Source: a virus. Taken from it: a stretch of DNA of 64,000 bases. The stretch lies in IMG/VR virus record IMGVR_UViG_3300036781_000821, positions 1-64,000 of that record; one strand, 5' to 3'. A program made the position numbers and the translations under genes. Positions 59,801 to 64,000 of the stretch are shown piece after piece. Each line of letters starts with the position of its first letter. Positions within the stretch are counted from its first letter, which is position 1. The notes below the pieces were generated by a model. The model worked only from the letters and a program-made list of their open reading frames with translations, did not search any database and was not told the DNA's origin.

Positions 59801-60145
59801 CTATTGCACAAGACACCGAGCTTCAATCTTTGCGATCTGCCATTTGTGCTTTGGCGTTTCGGCAAACTGGTCCATGCGCTGCCCCTCTTCGAGAACGTCC
59901 TGAACACGGCGTTCAAAAACGGTGTGAAGCGCGAGCAGGTTTTTGCCTGTGATCTTCACCAGCCAGTACGAGAATACGACCAAAACCACATCGTCCTTGA
60001 TTTCGCAGCCGCCGAATTGAAGCCACGGGAAAATCCAGCCCTCAGCCTTGTTAGCCTTTTTGAGCGTCAACGTCTCGCTCATCGTCGGAGCAGGCAACGC
60101 CTTGGGCATTACCCGGTCTGTCACTTTTGTTTCTAACGTATTCAT
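59801..60145 (-). CDS. Small protein translationally coupled to relaxase
   Basis: 4-nt overlap with relaxase stop; FPW...VKITGKNL. Confidence 0.6.
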   Translation of the reverse strand: MNTLETKVTDRVMPKALPAPTMSETLTLKKANKAEGWIFPWLQFGGCEIKDDVVLVVFSYWLVKITGKNLLALHTVFERRVQDVLEEGQRMDQFAETPKHKWQIAKIEARCLVQ

Positions 60146-62892
60146 CTGCTTACCTCCTGTGCCATGCTGACCCCTTGAGTTTGGGCGGCGGCGACGCTAG
60201 CACGCCCAGAGTTACCGTACGACCGTCCCGCTTGCTGCGTATGGGCGTGAGCCACGTTAACCGCTTGCGCCTTCGCCGCAAGCTCCATTGCCGTCTGACG
60301 CGCCCCCGAGCGATTGACGCTGTCCCGCAGACCTTCCAAGTTACTCGTGAACACCTGGCACGTCTCCCGCGCCCGAGACACCGACACGTAAAACGCGTCG
60401 TGGCGCATGTGGTCGCCGGAGACGATGACGTTATCGACCGTCTTGGACTGTGCAATGTAGCTGGTGGATGCCCAACCGTGTTTCATGTGCCCGAAGTCGT
60501 GATTGATTGAACGACCATCCTTCAGCCGCATCGCCGTCCCGTCCTGCGCCTTCTCCACCTGCACGCGCTCGCCGTTGGTCAGATCCAAGTCCCGGTCGTT
60601 TTTCTTCAGGATCAGGAAATCGCCATCGCAGACTTCGATTGAAGACTGTTTGTACACCGAGAAATTCTTGGCCTGTTTTGCAAGGTCCACTTCTTTCCCG
60701 CCGCGCAACACGCCGTCTTTCCGCACTTCGCCGCCGACGTAGGCAACGCCGTTCTTTGCCGCTGTAACCTCTAAATTCTTTCCCGCATTCGCGCCCTTGA
60801 AAAATGCCAGTACCAGCCCCGGCTGGTAGAACTCCGCTTTCTGCTTTTCCTCATTCGACCAATTCAACGCTTCCAGTTTTGGAATCGTCACGCCCTCTTT
60901 GGCGAGATCGCCCATTTCCTTTCGCTTTGCGCGGATGGCGGCCGTCAGCTCCTCGACCTCGGCATTGGACGGCGTGACCACCACGGTACTGCCGTGCAAT
61001 TGGGAATGAGCTTCGGCCACCAACGTTGCACGCTCGCGTCGATCCACTTCCTTGATCGTTCCCATTTCTTGCAGCTTGGCGAAGGCCCGCTCCGGTTCTT
61101 TCCACGCATCCTTGACCGCCTCGTGATATGCCGGGAATTGTTCGGGATCTTGCCGCACGTTCAAGTCGAGCATTTTGGACGCGAGACGGCTTTCCTTCTC
61201 CATCATCCGCAGCGCATCGCACGCGGTTACCGGGCCATGTTGTTCGGTGTCACCAGAGAACATCATCCGCGCACCATAGCGATGGCATACGTCCATCAGT
61301 TTTTTCATGTCCTCGCCGCCGACCATTCCCGCCTCGTCGACGATCAGCACGCGCCCTTTCATCAGGGCTTGCTCCTCGCGGCAGCCCAGGAAGCTGGCTA
61401 TGGTCATGGGATTCTCGACACCTTCCTCGGCCAGCGACTTCACCGCCGAATGCGTTTGCGCCACCACCGTGCAAACCTTTCCGTTTTGTCCAAGACCGCG
61501 CACCATTTCCGCGATCAGGTGAGTTTTGCCCGCGCCGGCGATGCCCTGGACGTTCACCGCCCAATCCGTCGATTGGAACGCCCAGTCCAAGACTTCCTGC
61601 TGTTTTTCGTTCAGGCCCTTGCCCGTGTACGGAATTGTGCCGAGCTTGCCGTGGGCGCCAACGCCCTCATTGACTATCGCGACCATGTCTTCCTCCCGCT
61701 GATACGCTTCCTTGGTCGTGCATTCGCCGTCAACGGCCAACACCGCCTTCGACTCTTTCAGCACGTTCCACACGGTTTGAACGTCCGAGAAATTGACATG
61801 GCCGCGATTAAACCGGAGCGCAGCGGCTAGCACATCGACTTCCTTGGCGACTGAGACTTGCGAGAAGGTGTGTTTAATCGCCGACTGCACAGCTTCGTGC
61901 GCGGACTGGTAGGTGATGTCCTCGCCGCGACCGGAAAGCTCGATGGCGTGATCCCGCGCCGCCCGAAGCCGTTCGCTCATGCCGGGAAACTTGGCTTCAG
62001 CTCGCGCCTTTTGCATGGCAATGACATCGGCGGTGCTAATCTCGATTAAGTTGTCGGGCCGCGTTTCGCGGTACAAGTGCGAGATCAGGTTGTCCGACGG
62101 GTGAATGCCGTGGGGATTTTTGGCCTTGTCGTTCTTGAACGCCTCGACCGCGGCGGCCACAGCCTTCGATCCCTGGCTAAACTCCTCGCTCTCCTCCTGC
62201 CGCACACAGGCCAGACCGAACCCCATTTCCTTGTCGTTCTTGTACGGCATTGTCCGTAGAACATAGCCGCCGTCTATGCACAGCCCGGCCAGAATGTTGC
62301 GGTAGACCTCGGTCGCGAGCGCCTTGGCCTCATACATCTTTTCGGTTTGGAGGGCTTTCCAACGTCCCTCCTCCACATCCTGGGTCAGGTTCCCGCAGGT
62401 CAGATGGCTGTGAAGGTGTGGATCTAGCGCGCGGGAGCAGTCATGTTCAAACCGCGCATAGATCAAATTCCCGGTCAGCCTGGTCTCGTCTTTTTTCCCG
62501 AACAGCCGTACTCGCGTCCCGGCCTGTTTCTCGACGAACTCCATCGCCTCGCTGACGGCCTGCTTGTGCCACTCGGGAATGCGTTCATCCCCGCCGATCC
62601 GCCACTGGATTGATAGATCCTTCGGGCAGGCGAACACCCAATCGTAAAACGTCCGACCGTTCTCCCGCTCGTGGCTGAATCGTTGGCGAAGCTTCGCGCC
62701 TGTTAAGGGATCAAGACCTTGCCGCATCCTCTCGAAAGCTTGCTCCGTGACCTCACCTTCAAGTCCCAGCAATCGCGCTCCGCGACCTTTCCACGTGCCA
62801 ACCGATTGATCGTTTTTGTCGAGGTAATCCTTATAGGAAAGGTGGCTTACGAAGTACGTGTCACCTCGATAGAGGGGCATTCCGTTGAGCAC
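60142..62892 (-). CDS. MOBF (TrwC/TraI) relaxase-helicase
   Basis: YF..HLSYKDY, WKGRGARLLGL, YDWVFACPKDLS, FEHDCSRALDPHLHSH (HUH), GIAGAGKT, LIVDEAGM, GDTEQH, QSKTVD, FYVSVSRAR. Confidence 0.93.
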   Translation of the reverse strand: MLNGMPLYRGDTYFVSHLSYKDYLDKNDQSVGTWKGRGARLLGLEGEVTEQAFERMRQGLDPLTGAKLRQRFSHERENGRTFYDWVFACPKDLSIQWRIGGDERIPEWHKQAVSEAMEFVEKQAGTRVRLFGKKDETRLTGNLIYARFEHDCSRALDPHLHSHLTCGNLTQDVEEGRWKALQTEKMYEAKALATEVYRNILAGLCIDGGYVLRTMPYKNDKEMGFGLACVRQEESEEFSQGSKAVAAAVEAFKNDKAKNPHGIHPSDNLISHLYRETRPDNLIEISTADVIAMQKARAEAKFPGMSERLRAARDHAIELSGRGEDITYQSAHEAVQSAIKHTFSQVSVAKEVDVLAAALRFNRGHVNFSDVQTVWNVLKESKAVLAVDGECTTKEAYQREEDMVAIVNEGVGAHGKLGTIPYTGKGLNEKQQEVLDWAFQSTDWAVNVQGIAGAGKTHLIAEMVRGLGQNGKVCTVVAQTHSAVKSLAEEGVENPMTIASFLGCREEQALMKGRVLIVDEAGMVGGEDMKKLMDVCHRYGARMMFSGDTEQHGPVTACDALRMMEKESRLASKMLDLNVRQDPEQFPAYHEAVKDAWKEPERAFAKLQEMGTIKEVDRRERATLVAEAHSQLHGSTVVVTPSNAEVEELTAAIRAKRKEMGDLAKEGVTIPKLEALNWSNEEKQKAEFYQPGLVLAFFKGANAGKNLEVTAAKNGVAYVGGEVRKDGVLRGGKEVDLAKQAKNFSVYKQSSIEVCDGDFLILKKNDRDLDLTNGERVQVEKAQDGTAMRLKDGRSINHDFGHMKHGWASTSYIAQSKTVDNVIVSGDHMRHDAFYVSVSRARETCQVFTSNLEGLRDSVNRSGARQTAMELAAKAQAVNVAHAHTQQAGRSYGNSGRASVAAAQTQGVSMAQEVSR

Positions 62893-63115
62893 GTGACCAG
62901 CATGAGGCAGCTTGGAAAGAGCGTCAAATTTGGGCTTTTAGGGGATCTGGAGGTAAATCCAGGATAGTGGGCCTCCCCCTATCAGACGAGCTACTGAGAA
63001 GAGAAACATCTACCCCTAAGCGCTTCGCGCTTGGGAAAACCGCGTTTGCAGGGGCGCGCCAGGACCAGGCTACTCCAGAGGCGCATGGTATACTGGACTT
63101 GAGCTTAGGCTCACG

Positions 63116-63223
63116 AAAAAAAAACTTCAAAACACAAACTCAAAACCTACACACTTCACAAACTTAAAAACTACACACAAAATTAAACTCCAAAAAAAAC
63201 TTACTCTTTAAAAAACTTCTTCT
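63116..63223. other. 108-nt G-free, A/C-rich tract upstream of relaxase
   Basis: No G on plus strand between 63115 and 63224; multiple A-tracts. Confidence 0.85.
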
Positions 63224-63332
63224 GCTTTTGCTTTTTGCTGATTTTGGGCTCACCGGCTGGAGCCACCGTTTGAAGAGATGCACCTTGGAGTAGTGTAGGG
63301 ACAATCTTCCTGACGGCCGGGTAGGAGATTGT

Positions 63333-63518
63333 GTGCGTAGACCGCGTTTCGACCCCCATCGGGTCATCAACCAGATTAAGTATTGGGCCATCGAGATCAC
63401 GATCCTGGTCCTGTTTTTGAAGTGGCTCGGCGGTTCTCTTTGGCACGAGCTGGGCTTCGATCACTCGGCGGAAGCCAAAGCCGCGCAGAGCTGTGTTGTG
63501 GAACAGCCACGGAGGTAG
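63333..63518 (+). CDS. Small membrane protein
   Basis: AGGAG RBS, single TM. Confidence 0.45.
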   Translation: MRRPRFDPHRVINQIKYWAIEITILVLFLKWLGGSLWHELGFDHSAEAKAAQSCVVEQPRR

Positions 63519-63527
63519 AATCAGGCC

Positions 63528-63848
63528 ATGACCGTAGCCGAACTCCGCGAGGCCCTTGCCGGGTATCCCGACGACGCGCCGCTTCAGATCCACATGGAGC
63601 GATTGCCGGACGACAACGAAGAAGCGTTCGTCGTGAACGTCCAACCGAATTATGCGGGCTGGAGCGAGCGCGAGCATAAGCCCCACGTCGTGCTGTACGG
63701 CGAGCAATTCCCAAAGGACTTCATCGAGACGACCCGCGACCGGGTTGTGGAACGTGCAAAACAGTTCAGCAAATGGGATTGGCCTTACGGGATGTGGAAC
63801 TGGTGGGAAGCGAAACAGTGGAAGCGGACGTTTGGGCGAGGACGTTAA
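63528..63848 (+). CDS. Hypothetical phage protein
   Basis: GGAGG RBS; MTVAELREALAGYPDDA N-terminus. Confidence 0.6.
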   Translation: MTVAELREALAGYPDDAPLQIHMERLPDDNEEAFVVNVQPNYAGWSEREHKPHVVLYGEQFPKDFIETTRDRVVERAKQFSKWDWPYGMWNWWEAKQWKRTFGRGR

Positions 63849-63851
63849 GGC

Positions 63852-64000
63852 GTGCTCGATTTGTGCTCGAAGTAATCCGCGCCGAACGGCACGGGGCTGA
63901 CTTGCGGGATTCGCAATTGCTAGAACGATGCCACTGGAAACGCTAAATTCTGTGTTTCCAATTTACCGTCGTCTTCCCAAGCTGGACGTCGCCGGTTCGA
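63852..64000. repeat. attR: arm-type repeats plus duplicated 3' half of tRNA-Gly
   Basis: GTGCTCGAT 63852, GTGCTCGAA 63863; 28-bp identity 63973-64000 to 20323-20350, running off the window edge. Confidence 0.9.

Overview
The window contains two adjacent mobile elements on either side of a tRNA-Gly(CCC) gene (20294-20368). A TIGR03437-type 'Solibacter' domain fragment suggests an Acidobacteria (Bryobacteraceae-like) host. Left (1-~20290): part of an integrated plasmid-like element. It carries a CHC2-Toprim primase, an 8-iteron origin plus RepA, DUF932, a DNA methylase broken by an IS21-type MITE, a coupled methyltransferase / SF1 helicase / AlkB-fusion operon, and a VirD4/TraD-like ATPase fused to PD-(D/E)XK and HTH domains. 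Right (20323-64000): a ~43.6 kb podovirus-like prophage integrated in the tRNA, with the 3' tRNA half duplicated at 63973-64000 and matching arm-type repeats at both ends. It has terminase, portal, scaffold, N4-gp56-type capsid, adaptor/nozzle, ejection proteins, lysis genes, Erf/SSB and a replication module. Unusually, it also encodes a MOBF (TrwC-type) relaxase-helicase and a TraD-like coupling protein that flank int/xis/attP on the excised circle, i.e. a candidate phage-IME hybrid. Other notable items: tail/virion-module proteins with signal peptides, an MTase-DUF262-HEPN moron, two anticodon-less tRNA-like RNAs, an ACG codon at the expected xis start and a 108-nt G-free tract. All calls come from reading motifs by eye; no database searches were run.
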